This document shows positions 1 to 9,492 of a stretch of DNA of 64,000 bases, piece by piece (the stretch's first letter is position 1; each line of letters begins with the position of its first letter). This DNA is from Arcobacteraceae bacterium. Its GTDB lineage: Bacteria; Campylobacterota; Campylobacteria; Campylobacterales; Arcobacteraceae. The translations under genes were made by a program, and so were the position numbers. Under the pieces are notes generated by a model. It did not search any database. It had not been told where the DNA came from and saw only the letters and a program-made list of their open reading frames with translations. The stretch lies in NCBI GenBank assembly GCA_965224485.1, contig CBDCZH010000010.1:454958-518957 (forward strand), in the 5' to 3' direction.

Positions 1-2
1 AA

Positions 3-206
3 GAGAGAGAGAAATATGGACAAAATAGAATCTCTGAGGGAAAAGTTCCTGTTTGTGCTGCTATGTGTTCTACTAAAGCACTTCTTGTTGGTGATTCTCA
101 AGAAATATCTAAAGTATATAGACAAAGAGTATTATCAGTTGGTCATGGAGTTAAATCTCAACCTTATGGCTGGAGCACAGCTTATGGATCTGGATCTAAA
201 ATATAA
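3..206 (+). CDS. fdhB: Formate dehydrogenase iron-sulfur subunit, 3' end only (partial)
   Basis: Frame 3 translated by hand: EREKYGQNRISEGKVPVCAAMCSTKALLVGDS...YGWSTAYGSGSKI*, typical FdhB C-terminus (CxxxC ligand); directly upstream of fdhC. Confidence 0.9.
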   Translation, partial: EREKYGQNRISEGKVPVCAAMCSTKALLVGDSQEISKVYRQRVLSVGHGVKSQPYGWSTAYGSGSKI

Positions 207-214
207 GGATGATT

Positions 215-1114
215 ATGAAAAAAATATATATCATTCTTTCTTTATTAATACTACCAGTATTAGCTCTTGGAGCTAATGCTGATAGTGCTATATGGGGTAA
301 AGAATTAATTCCAAATATTTTGGGATATGATCAAAAAGGTTCATTACACTTAGGTGCACTATTTACACTATTGCAAAGTACTTATTTTAAACCACTGTTT
401 TTTGGTGTTTTATTTGGTATTCCAGCTGTGTTTTTATTGCATTATATTGTAATTGGACCTATGATTTTTTCTCATGATAGAAAAAAGATTTATGTTTTTA
501 CTTTATTTAATAGAATAATACACTCTATTGCTGGAGTTGCTTTTATTATACTAATTCCAACAGGATTAGTTATGATGTTTGGTTCATTTTTTGGTGGTGG
601 TGAGTTTGTAAGATTTTGTAAAGAAATACATGCAATCACAACACTGTTATTTATAGTATCAATTGTACCTATGTTTTTTATGTGGGTTAGATGGATGATT
701 ATTCATTGGGACGATTTCAAATGGATGATGATTTTAGGTGGATATTTAAATAAAGATAAAAAACCAGTTCCAGCAGGAAAGTTTAATGCTGGTCAAAAAA
801 TGTGGTTTTGGTTAGCAACTTTAGGTGGATTTATTATGATAGCAAGTGGAGCTGCTATGTATTTTCAAGACTTTAAACTTGACATTATAACTTCTTGGGG
901 TTTAAGTCAAATTGATTTCTTAAGAGCAAGTTCTATAGTTCATAATATCTTAGGATTAGGTGTTTTAGCACTATTTTTAACTCATGTTTATATGTCTGTA
1001 TTTGCAATTAAAGGTGCAATTCACAGTATTATAACTGGATACAAAGAAGAAGAAGAAGTTGAAATACTTCATAGTTCTTTTTATAAAAAGTTAAAAGATG
1101 AGAATAAAATCTAA
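215..1114 (+). CDS. fdhC: Formate dehydrogenase cytochrome b (gamma) subunit
   Basis: Multi-TM protein with RIIH and AGKFNAGQK motifs and His heme ligands; ATG 215 follows AAGGA. Confidence 0.93.
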   Translation: MKKIYIILSLLILPVLALGANADSAIWGKELIPNILGYDQKGSLHLGALFTLLQSTYFKPLFFGVLFGIPAVFLLHYIVIGPMIFSHDRKKIYVFTLFNRIIHSIAGVAFIILIPTGLVMMFGSFFGGGEFVRFCKEIHAITTLLFIVSIVPMFFMWVRWMIIHWDDFKWMMILGGYLNKDKKPVPAGKFNAGQKMWFWLATLGGFIMIASGAAMYFQDFKLDIITSWGLSQIDFLRASSIVHNILGLGVLALFLTHVYMSVFAIKGAIHSIITGYKEEEEVEILHSSFYKKLKDENKI

Positions 1115-1147
1115 AAATAACTCTCTTTTTTAAGAGAGTTATTTTTT
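1115..1147 (+). terminator. Intrinsic terminator after fdhC
   Basis: aaaataactctctt-tttt-aagagagttatttt followed by T tract. Confidence 0.75.
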
Positions 1148-1156
1148 ATATTATAA

Positions 1157-1177
1157 AATATGCAATTTTTGCATATT
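1157..1177. promoter_or_regulatory. Palindromic operator AATATGCAA-N3-TTGCATATT upstream of fdhD
   Basis: Perfect 9-bp arms; the same motif recurs at 5124-5144 upstream of wtpA. Confidence 0.7.
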
Positions 1178-1248
1178 ATTTAAGTGAAATGATATGCAAA
1201 GAATATATAATAAAGAAAAAGAAATAATAATATTATTTAAGGTTAATA

Positions 1249-2040
1249 ATGGGTAATGAAAAATATTTAAAAAAAATTATAATTGATAAAGTGATAAATG
1301 GAGAATTAGTAGAAAAAGAAGATGTTGTAATTGATGAATCAAGAATAAATATTTTTTTAAATGGTGCTAAAACTATTTCAATGATGTGTATTCCAAAAGA
1401 TCAAGATGCACATGCTATTGGTTTTTTAATGAGTGAAAATGTAATTTCAAGTATTGATGATATTGAAAATATAAGTATTAAAAATGAAGGTTTAGATGTT
1501 TATATTAATGCTAATATAAATGAAAAATCTTTAAAAAACTTATATAAAGAAAAAACTTTAACTTCTGGTTGTGGAGGAGGGGTTACTGGAAATATTCCGG
1601 GATCTGTGCAAGTTCCTTTTAACCAAGTATCTATGAGGATAGCTCCAAGCCTTATTTCTAGTGAGGTTAAAAAATTTTATGATGATAGTGAACTATATTT
1701 ATTAACAGGTTGTGTACATAAAGCAAGTATTTTCTTAGAAAATGGAACAACTGTTAGTGCTGAAGATATAGGAAGACATAATGCTATTGATAAAGTAATT
1801 GGAAAATGCAAACTAGCAAAACTAGATACTAAGAAATCAGTTTTATTTGTATCTGGACGTTTAAGCTCTGAAATGGTTGTAAAAGCTGTTATGCATAAAA
1901 TTCCTATAGTAGTTTCAAGAACAGCTCCCACACATTTAGGAGTAACAACTGCTAATACTCATGGTATTACTTTAATAGGTTTTGCAAGAGGTAAAAAAAT
2001 GAATATTTATACACATAGTGGACGAATAGAAAATAGTTAA
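1249..2040 (+). CDS. fdhD: Formate dehydrogenase accessory sulfurtransferase FdhD
   Basis: TSGCG, TGCVH, EDIGRHNAIDK and SGRLSSEMV motifs. Confidence 0.95.
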   Translation: MGNEKYLKKIIIDKVINGELVEKEDVVIDESRINIFLNGAKTISMMCIPKDQDAHAIGFLMSENVISSIDDIENISIKNEGLDVYINANINEKSLKNLYKEKTLTSGCGGGVTGNIPGSVQVPFNQVSMRIAPSLISSEVKKFYDDSELYLLTGCVHKASIFLENGTTVSAEDIGRHNAIDKVIGKCKLAKLDTKKSVLFVSGRLSSEMVVKAVMHKIPIVVSRTAPTHLGVTTANTHGITLIGFARGKKMNIYTHSGRIENS

Positions 2041-2460
2041 ATGGGTAAATTACAAAACATCATTCATTTAGATGAAACACAAAAAAACTTTATTTTAACG
2101 AATTTAGATGATGATGGACGGCTTACTTGCTTAAAAGCATTTAAAGTAGCAAGATTAATTAACTTAAAACCTTTGCAGATGTCAGATGCTTGTAAAAGTA
2201 TAAATGTTAAAATAACAAATTGTGAATTAGGTGTTTTTGGAAAACTTACATTTAAAGAAGCTGAAACTGCTATTTATCACAAAATTGCTAAAAATTTTAC
2301 ACAAAACACTAAGGTTACTTGTAAGACCTTATGGTATCAAGCACAAGAAAATACTTTAAAAAGAGTAGGTTCTACAGTTAAAAATTCTGACATTGAAGTT
2401 ACATATTGTCAGTTAGGTTGTTTTAGAGAAGGAAAGGCTAAACATGGAAGCAAAAGTTAA
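2041..2460 (+). CDS. ModE-associated Cys-rich protein with internal duplication
   Basis: Two copies of TC...C(E/Q)LG(V/C)F; overlaps the downstream ModE-like gene. Confidence 0.7.
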   Translation: MGKLQNIIHLDETQKNFILTNLDDDGRLTCLKAFKVARLINLKPLQMSDACKSINVKITNCELGVFGKLTFKEAETAIYHKIAKNFTQNTKVTCKTLWYQAQENTLKRVGSTVKNSDIEVTYCQLGCFREGKAKHGSKS

Positions 2461-2827
2461 AATTTGGATAGAAGATAATAAAGAAAATCTAATCTTTGGT
2501 GGTGGTAAAACACAAATCTTAGAGTTTATTGATCAAAGTGGTTCAATTTCAAAAGCTGCTTTAATGTTAGGTATGAATTATAAAAAAGCCTGGTCTCATA
2601 TTAAAATATTACAAGAATATATTGATGATGAATTAGTAATAGTTCAAAAAGGTAGAACATCAGGTGGAACTGTATTAACTCCAAAAGCAAAAGAGTTAAT
2701 TTTTAAATATAAACAATTACAAGAAGAAGTAAAAGATTTTACTGCAAAAAGATTTGATGAATTATTTTTACAAAATGATAAAATAATTCAATGTAGCAAA
2801 GACTTAGAAAATGGAAATAATGTATAA
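2444..2827 (+). CDS. modE: ModE-like winged-helix regulator (DNA-binding domain only)
   Basis: GSISKAALMLGMNYKKAW...GGTVLT matches the ModE N-terminal wHTH; no molybdate-binding TOBE domains. Confidence 0.8.
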   Translation: MEAKVKIWIEDNKENLIFGGGKTQILEFIDQSGSISKAALMLGMNYKKAWSHIKILQEYIDDELVIVQKGRTSGGTVLTPKAKELIFKYKQLQEEVKDFTAKRFDELFLQNDKIIQCSKDLENGNNV

Positions 2828-3800
2828 ATTAAATCACTTAAATACTATAAAAGCCCAAGATTTTACTATAAAAAGTGAACTAGGTTTAGAAGCTTTAAAC
2901 ACAAATTTTGCTTATGAAAAGTTACAAAGAGATTTTAAAATGTTATATGGTTTTACTAATATGAATACTTTTTCATTTTCTAAAGAGGGATTTTTAGGAC
3001 TATTTCTAGAACTTAATTGTGATATAGCAGTATCTTTAGGTGAGAGTGAAGTTGTAGTTCAAGCTGCTTTATTATATCAAAATTTAGGTTTTAAGCTTAC
3101 TTTTATTGATATTAAAAAAGATGGGCAAATTGATTATGAGGCTTTAAAGAGTTTAACATGTGATTATTTATTTATCTCTTCTTATATAGTTGATACTTTT
3201 GTAAAAATTGATTTAAAAAAAGTACGAGAAAATTTTAAAGAAAGTATAGTTTCAAATATAAGTGCAAGTTTAAAAAAAGATATTTCAGATCTTGTATATT
3301 TTGACTCTTATAAACTATGTGGATATTTTACTCATTCACAGATTTTACATAATGGTATTTTTAGTGAGCAAAACCTAGCTATTATTGATACTATTTCTAT
3401 AAAACTTTTATATGATGCCTTAAAAAAAGAGCAAAATAAAATTACATGCAAAAGTGCATTTATAGAAGCATTAGAGCATAATTTAAAAGATGATTGTTTC
3501 TTTTTTGTAGAGCCATTTTCTACTTTAGAAAATACCTTACATTTTGCTTTGAAAAATATTAAAGCAAGACAAATTATAAGAACATTAAGTTTAGCAAATA
3601 TTTTTATAACAAATGGAGAAGGTTGCTCACTTGGTTACTCAAAACCTTCAAGAGTTTTACAAGTTATGAAATACAGTGAAATACAAAGTAGACAGGCTAT
3701 TTGTTTATCCTTTGAAAAAGACTTTGCACATGATGAAGTACAAGAAATAGTTAAAAAAATAGCAAAAGCATATAGACAAATAAAGGCCTTAAATGAATAA
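2811..3800 (+). CDS. Divergent cysteine desulfurase-like (class V PLP) protein
   Basis: DSYKLCG (PLP-Lys-like), NGEGCS (SGSAC-like), PSRVL..M and AICLSF C-terminal pattern; start may be ATG 2820. Confidence 0.6.
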   Translation: MEIMYKLNHLNTIKAQDFTIKSELGLEALNTNFAYEKLQRDFKMLYGFTNMNTFSFSKEGFLGLFLELNCDIAVSLGESEVVVQAALLYQNLGFKLTFIDIKKDGQIDYEALKSLTCDYLFISSYIVDTFVKIDLKKVRENFKESIVSNISASLKKDISDLVYFDSYKLCGYFTHSQILHNGIFSEQNLAIIDTISIKLLYDALKKEQNKITCKSAFIEALEHNLKDDCFFFVEPFSTLENTLHFALKNIKARQIIRTLSLANIFITNGEGCSLGYSKPSRVLQVMKYSEIQSRQAICLSFEKDFAHDEVQEIVKKIAKAYRQIKALNE

Positions 3801-5034
3801 GTACGTAAATTTTAATGAAGCAATTTTAAGTGCACTAAAAGTTTCAAGTATTACAAAATTAACAGAAATTATTAATATAAAAGATTCTTTAGGTAGAAGT
3901 TTAAGTAAAGATATAAAGTGTGTTAAAAACCTTCCTTCTTTTAATAACTCAGCAATGGATGGTTTTGCTATAAGATCAAGTGAAGCTGGAAAAATATTAA
4001 AAGTTGTAAAAACTATTTTTGCAGGGCAGAGTATTGAGTCTTGTTTAAAAAACAATGAGTGTTACAAAATTATGACAGGAGCTAAAGTTCCTTCTGATGT
4101 TGATACAATTATTCCAATAGAAGATGTTCTTTTATATGAAAATAACGAAGTTAGTATAAAAGAAGATGTTAAAAAAGGTGCTTGTTTACGTTTAAAAGGA
4201 GAAGAGAAAAAAGAGGGTAATCTTTTATTACAAAAAGGAGAAATTCTAAATTCTTCTGTAGTTGCATTACTAGCTTCTCAAGGTCTTGTTATGGTAGAAG
4301 TTTACAAAAAACTTACAATTGCTGTTGTCTCAACTGGAAATGAGTTAATAGAACCATGGGAACAAGCAAGTGAAGATGAAATATATAATTGTAATACTTC
4401 TGCTATTTGTGCCTTATTAAAAGAAAAAGGATATGAGAGCTCAAATCTAGGTGTAGTTCCTGATTCTTTAGAAGAATCAATTTTATTTGTAAGTGGGCTT
4501 AAAAATTATGATGTGATAATCACAAGTGGTGGTATATCTATGGGTGATGCTGATTTTATGGAAGAAGCATTTGCTAAAAATTCTTTAGAAACTATTTTTC
4601 ATGGGGTTAATATAAAACCAGGTCGTCCTATTATGATGGGAGTGATGAAAAAAGAGCTTAGAGAAACTTTTGTAATTTGTTTACCTGGAAATCCTTTAAC
4701 AGCAATGGTAAATATGCATCTTTTTGTTTTTCCTGTATTAAATAAAATCCAAGGTTCTTCGTACATTTACCATGATTATGAAGTAGCTATAAACAATAGT
4801 GATTTTAAAACAAAACAAGGACGTGTTAATGTTGTTTTAGGACAAGTTGAAGCTGGAAAATTTGAAGTAGCACAAAATAATAAATATGGTTCAGGAATGA
4901 TTTCTATTTTAAGTTCTAATAATTCAATTTTAGTAACAAGTGAAAATACTCCTTCTTTAAAAATTGATGAAAAAGTAAAAATTATTAAGTTCAATTGTTC
5001 TTATTTAAAAAAACAAAGAAATATTTTTAACTAA
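3793..5034 (+). CDS. moeA: Molybdopterin molybdenum/tungsten transferase MoeA
   Basis: NSAMDGFA, IMTGA, STGNEL, TSGGISMGDAD, KPGRP and LPGNP motifs. Confidence 0.95.
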   Translation: MNKYVNFNEAILSALKVSSITKLTEIINIKDSLGRSLSKDIKCVKNLPSFNNSAMDGFAIRSSEAGKILKVVKTIFAGQSIESCLKNNECYKIMTGAKVPSDVDTIIPIEDVLLYENNEVSIKEDVKKGACLRLKGEEKKEGNLLLQKGEILNSSVVALLASQGLVMVEVYKKLTIAVVSTGNELIEPWEQASEDEIYNCNTSAICALLKEKGYESSNLGVVPDSLEESILFVSGLKNYDVIITSGGISMGDADFMEEAFAKNSLETIFHGVNIKPGRPIMMGVMKKELRETFVICLPGNPLTAMVNMHLFVFPVLNKIQGSSYIYHDYEVAINNSDFKTKQGRVNVVLGQVEAGKFEVAQNNKYGSGMISILSSNNSILVTSENTPSLKIDEKVKIIKFNCSYLKKQRNIFN

Positions 5035-5110
5035 AAACTAATATAAAAGGAAGATTTAGAAGTAAAGTATAAGGAGTAGAAAGTACTGTTTTTTTCTACG
5101 TCCCCAAAAT

Positions 5111-5157
5111 TAAGAGGATATAAAATATGCAAAATTTGCATATTTTATATCTTCTTA
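5111..5157. promoter_or_regulatory. 23-bp inverted repeat containing the AATATGCAA-N3-TTGCATATT operator upstream of wtpA
   Basis: taagaggatataaaatatgcaaa-a-tttgcatattttatatcttctta, one mismatch. Confidence 0.7.
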
Positions 5158-5248
5158 TGAATAAGAAGAGTTTATACGTTTAGTTGTCACCTTAATAGTT
5201 TTGTTAGGTGATTGATTTATTTTAAATAATATTATTTAAAGGAAAAAT

Positions 5249-6205
5249 TTGAAAAAAGTATTAGTAAGTTTAACATTAAGTGCCGTTCTAGCAGCATCAT
5301 TATTAGCAAAAGAAAAAATCGTAGTATTCCATGCAGGTTCACTAGCAGTTCCTTTCTCTGCAATTGAAAAAGTATTTGAAACTAAATATCCACAATATGA
5401 TGTACAAAGAGAAGCCTCTGGTTCAAGAAGTGCAGCAAGAAAAATATCTGAAATTGGAAAAGCTGCTGATGTTATGGCATCTGCAGATTATAAAGTAATT
5501 GATTCTCTTCTTATTCCAAAAGATGCAAAGTTCAATGCTCAATTTGCAACAAATGAAATGGCAATAGCTTTTACACCTAAAGCAAAATATGCTGATGAAA
5601 TAAATGCAAATAACTGGACTGAAATTTTCTTAAGAGAGGGTGTTAAAATTGGACATTCAAACCCAAATATGGATCCTTGTGGATATAGATCTATGTTAGT
5701 TACTAAACTTGCTGAAAAACATTATAATCAAAAAGATTTATATAAAAAATTATTTGGATATGGTGATTCTTATAAAGTTGGTGAAGAAAATAAGTCAAAA
5801 GTAATTGTAAGACCAAAAGAAACAGATTTATTAGCTTTAATTGAAGTTAATGCTTATGATTATTTATTCATTTATAAATCAGTTGCAGAACAACATGGTT
5901 TAAAATATATTACTTTACCAAAAGAAGTTTCATTAAAAGATAATGAATTTTCTGATTTTTATAAAACAGTAAGTTTTAAAATTAATGGTAAAAAACCAGG
6001 TGAATTTATTACTAAAACAGGTGGAGCTATGGTTTATGGTATTACAGTTGCACAAAATAAAATATCTCCTACAAATAAAAAAGGTGCTGTTAAATTTGTA
6101 AACTTTGTATTAGGAGATGAGGGTCAAGCAATTATGGCTAAATATGGTCAAGGAAATATATCACCAGCTCTTATTACAGGTGATGCTTCAATTATAGGAA
6201 AATAA
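5249..6205 (+). CDS. wtpA: Tungstate/molybdate ABC transporter substrate-binding protein, WtpA type
   Basis: Signal peptide; FHAGSL, EASGS, ASADY, NPNMDPCGYR, RPKE and YKSVA motifs typical of WtpA. Confidence 0.88.
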   Translation: MKKVLVSLTLSAVLAASLLAKEKIVVFHAGSLAVPFSAIEKVFETKYPQYDVQREASGSRSAARKISEIGKAADVMASADYKVIDSLLIPKDAKFNAQFATNEMAIAFTPKAKYADEINANNWTEIFLREGVKIGHSNPNMDPCGYRSMLVTKLAEKHYNQKDLYKKLFGYGDSYKVGEENKSKVIVRPKETDLLALIEVNAYDYLFIYKSVAEQHGLKYITLPKEVSLKDNEFSDFYKTVSFKINGKKPGEFITKTGGAMVYGITVAQNKISPTNKKGAVKFVNFVLGDEGQAIMAKYGQGNISPALITGDASIIGK

Positions 6206-7221
6206 TGTCTTATTTGAAAATAAAGAATTTATCAAGCAAAATAGGAGACTTTTTGCTTGATAATATTAACTTAAATATAAAAAAAAATGAATATTATGTG
6301 CTATTAGGTCAAAGTGGAAGTGGTAAAACTAAACTGCTTGAAACAATAGCTGGTTTAAATTCTTCAAGTGGTAGTATTTTTTATAAAGATATAGAAATAT
6401 CATCTTTAGAAACACAAAATAGAGATATTGCTTTTGTATATCAAGATTTTGCACTTTTCCCTAATTTAAATGTTGAAAAGAATATTAAATATTCAGCACG
6501 ATATAAAAAAATAGAAAATGAAAAAGAGTTATTTGATGATATTGTAGGTTTTCTAAAACTTGAACATTTATTAAAAAGAGAAACAGTACAGTTAAGTGGA
6601 GGAGAGAAACAAAGAGTTGCAATAGCAAGAGCTTTATACTCACGTCCAAAAATTCTTCTCTTAGATGAACCTTTAAGTGCAATAGATCCAACTTTTAGAA
6701 ACTCTATTATGAAATCATTAAAAGAGATTCATAAACGTTATGATTTAACAACAATTCATGTAACACATAACTTTAGAGAGGCTTCATATTTAGCAGATAA
6801 AATTGCAATAATTATGAAAGGCAAAATTGCTCAAGTTGGACAGGCTGAAGAAGTTTTAAATAATCCAAAAAATATAAAAGTTGCAGAATTTTTAGGTTTC
6901 AAAAATATTTTCCCAGTAAGTTTTTTAAGTGAAAATTCTAGAAATTTAGAAGGTCTTGAAAATAAAAATGAAGCTAAATATTTTTCTGTTGATCCTAATA
7001 TTATCTTAGTTTCAAGCAAAGGTGAGCTTACAACTGATTTTATTTATGAAGGTAAATTAGAAGAGTGTATGGGAATAGTAGATCATTTTAAACTTTTTGT
7101 AAATGTAAACGGTCATCAGTTTTTTATAAAAATTTTAAAAAGAGATTATGAGGGTTGTTATGCAGATACAAAAAGTCTCATTAAAATTGGGTTTAATAAA
7201 AAGGATATTTGTTTCATATGA
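6205..7221 (+). CDS. wtpC: Tungstate/molybdate ABC transporter ATP-binding protein
   Basis: Walker A GQSGSGKT, LSGGEKQR, LLLDEP, HVTH; operon context. Confidence 0.85.
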   Translation: MSYLKIKNLSSKIGDFLLDNINLNIKKNEYYVLLGQSGSGKTKLLETIAGLNSSSGSIFYKDIEISSLETQNRDIAFVYQDFALFPNLNVEKNIKYSARYKKIENEKELFDDIVGFLKLEHLLKRETVQLSGGEKQRVAIARALYSRPKILLLDEPLSAIDPTFRNSIMKSLKEIHKRYDLTTIHVTHNFREASYLADKIAIIMKGKIAQVGQAEEVLNNPKNIKVAEFLGFKNIFPVSFLSENSRNLEGLENKNEAKYFSVDPNIILVSSKGELTTDFIYEGKLEECMGIVDHFKLFVNVNGHQFFIKILKRDYEGCYADTKSLIKIGFNKKDICFI

Positions 7222-7988
7222 AAAGTAAATCATTTAATATAACATTAGTAGTACTTGCTTTAGTAATAGTATTTTTCTTATCCGTTCCTATTTTAAGAAT
7301 GTTCATTGGAGTTGGAAGTGATAAGTTACTTATTGCTATGCAAGAAGGTGAAGTGATTTCTTCTATCTTTTTAACTATGAAAGTATCAGCTTGGGCTATG
7401 GTTTTTGTTCTCTTTACAGGTCTTCCTTTAGCTTATATACTAGCACGATATAATTTTTATGGTCGTTCTATGTTAGAAGCTTTAGTTGATATTCCAATTA
7501 TGATACCTCATACAGCAGCTGGAATTGCCCTTTTAACAACATTTGGAAATAGTGAAATAGGTGATTTCTTTAAATTTTTTGGTATTGAGTTTATTGGAAC
7601 TGAATATGGAATAATGATAGCAATGATGTTTCTCTCAGCTCCTTTTTTAATAAACGCAGCAAAAGATGGTTTTAGAAAAGTAGATGTAAAACTAGAAAAA
7701 GTAGCAAGAACACTAGGAGCAAGTCCTTTACAAGTATTCTTCTCAATTACTATTCCAAATGCAAAAAAAGACATTATAAATGGTGCTTTAATGATGTGGA
7801 GTAGGGGTTTAGGAGAGTTTGGTGCTGTTGTAATTTTGGTATATCATCCAATGACAACACCAGTATTGATTTTTGATAGATTCAATTCATATGGACTATC
7901 GTTTTCAGCCCCAGTTGCAGCAGTTATTGTAGGGTTTTCAGTAGTTGTATTTGTAATAGTTCGTTTCATAACCTCTCGTCTAAAATAG
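7218..7988 (+). CDS. wtpB: Tungstate/molybdate ABC transporter permease
   Basis: Multi-TM; EAA-like loop LEKVARTLGAS; GEFGA. Confidence 0.85.
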   Translation: MKSKSFNITLVVLALVIVFFLSVPILRMFIGVGSDKLLIAMQEGEVISSIFLTMKVSAWAMVFVLFTGLPLAYILARYNFYGRSMLEALVDIPIMIPHTAAGIALLTTFGNSEIGDFFKFFGIEFIGTEYGIMIAMMFLSAPFLINAAKDGFRKVDVKLEKVARTLGASPLQVFFSITIPNAKKDIINGALMMWSRGLGEFGAVVILVYHPMTTPVLIFDRFNSYGLSFSAPVAAVIVGFSVVVFVIVRFITSRLK

Positions 7989-8287
7989 TGCCATAAAGGT
8001 GCTATTTTTGCTCTATTTCTGCGTTGGAGATTAAAATATACTCGTCACATACTTCGTGTATGCTCCTCGCATATTTTAACCTCCGCCTTGAACTAGAGCA
8101 AAACTATCACCTTTCTGACACTATTTTGGATAAGCAAATTTACTTTTTTTGCTCTATTTCTGCGTTGCAGTTTAAAATATACTCGTCATAAACTTCCCCG
8201 TATACTCCTCACATATTTGACTACCCGCCTTGAACTAGAGCAAAACTATCACCTTTCTGACACTATTTTGGATAAGTAAATTTACTT
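7982..8287. repeat. Palindromic REP/MITE-like element (7982-8127) plus a tandem, 5'-truncated second copy (8146-8287)
   Basis: ~34-bp imperfect terminal IRs (aaaatagtgccataaaggtgctatttttgctcta / tagagcaaaactatcacctttctgacactatttt) with inner stems; ~140-bp direct repeat 8005-8145 vs 8146-8287. Confidence 0.85.
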
Positions 8288-8327
8288 TGAATTCTAATTT
8301 TTGAAACTTACTCTTTTTTGCAAATTT

Positions 8328-8361
8328 TGTGACCAAAACTGTGACATGTTTTCTGTATAAT
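8328..8361 (+). promoter_or_regulatory. Promoter motif TGTGAC-N6-TGTGAC-N10-TATAAT (copy 1)
   Basis: Near-identical copy at 9369-9402. Confidence 0.65.
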
Positions 8362-8463
8362 TATTACTTAAATTATATTATTCATGAATTAAGTATTTTA
8401 CTACTTAACTCAAATTAGGGTAGTTGACAGCAGAGTATTAGGATAAAAATCAAAAGGAAAAGA

Positions 8464-8928
8464 ATGACAATTCAAGAATTGAAAGAAAAAATTGATACTA
8501 AAACATTAAATTATGTATTATTATCAATAATTACAGCAGGAATCTATCCTATTTTATGGTTAGTTAAAAATATGGAAAGTATAGAAGATATATTTAAAAC
8601 TGAGAAATCAGATAAAAATTATATTTTATGGTTAGCTATTTGTATAGGACTTGGTGGAAGTTTAGCATCAACAGATATATTTGTAATAGAAATGATTGCA
8701 GGATTATTATCTCTAGCATCTTGGGTATTATATATTATTTGGGCATTAAAAATTAAAAAAGCACTTTTAGAATATACTTTAACTGAGTGTAAAATTAATT
8801 ATAATATGAATGCAATTTATACTGTATTATTTACTACATACTATATAAATTATTGTATTAATGAATTAAATGAAACAATGGAAAAAGAAAAATTTTTAAA
8901 TACTAATTCTAACACTCCTGATAATTAA
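8464..8928 (+). CDS. Membrane protein (DUF4234-like)
   Basis: LLSIITAGIYPILW motif, ~4 TM segments, AAGGA RBS. Confidence 0.7.
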   Translation: MTIQELKEKIDTKTLNYVLLSIITAGIYPILWLVKNMESIEDIFKTEKSDKNYILWLAICIGLGGSLASTDIFVIEMIAGLLSLASWVLYIIWALKIKKALLEYTLTECKINYNMNAIYTVLFTTYYINYCINELNETMEKEKFLNTNSNTPDN

Positions 8929-9029
8929 CATATATAAGAAAAAGGGGGGGGGTAACCCTTTTTTTAACTTGAATACTCTTCCACTTCAATAATAGTTTCT
9001 TGAATAATTATGTCTTCAAACTATATCTA

Positions 9030-9264
9030 CGAAGTAGACAAAAAATTTATTCCGTTGATTGCTACATCTGCAAGAGCTAAATATTTTTTATTGATTTACG
9101 TAACCCAAAAATTTCTGTTTGACCGTTAATAAAGATGCCCACAGGCATGTTTTAGGAAGTTATATTTTTAAGTAAATCAATAAAAAATATTTAGGAAGCC
9201 TTTAGGCCGATGAAGCGTAGTTGTTTTTGCTTACTTTTTGTCAATACAAAAGTAAGAAAGCGGG
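9030..9264. repeat. Second palindromic non-coding element
   Basis: Perfect 23-bp IR 9077-9099 / 9172-9194 plus hairpin cttacttttt...aaaagtaag; outer limits approximate. Confidence 0.6.
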
Positions 9265-9368
9265 AACTGAAAGTTTACAAGAGTAAAAGCCAGTTATTTC
9301 AAACTATTTTTAAATATAAACTAATAAATATATTATAATTTTTCAAATCATATCCCTTTTTTCTTTTT

Positions 9369-9402
9369 TGTGACACAAACTGTGACATGTTTTTTGTATA
9401 CT
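9369..9402 (+). promoter_or_regulatory. Promoter motif TGTGAC-N6-TGTGAC-N10-TATACT (copy 2), upstream of the cassette array
   Basis: Near-identical to 8328-8361. Confidence 0.65.
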
Positions 9403-9492
9403 AATATCAAAGTGTAAATTTAAACTTTAGTTTTAAAAAGGACATTATGTCCTTTTAACACAGAATTCAACAATTAGTAGCCATTTTTGTCC

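Noticed and set aside
16..276. 86-aa ORF in the track
   Set aside because: Out-of-frame shadow of the fdhB 3' end (frame 3) and the fdhC start
5180..5216. Moco/Wco riboswitch upstream of wtpA
   Set aside because: Only one simple hairpin (tcacct...aggtga) is visible, not the multi-stem motif; an Rfam search would settle it
8005..8287. CRISPR array
   Set aside because: Two ~140-bp adjacent copies without a spacer; a palindromic repeat element instead
8944..8952. G9 tract as a phase-variation switch
   Set aside because: It lies after the stop codon in a terminator-like stem (ggg-taa-ccc-T tract), not in a CDS or promoter
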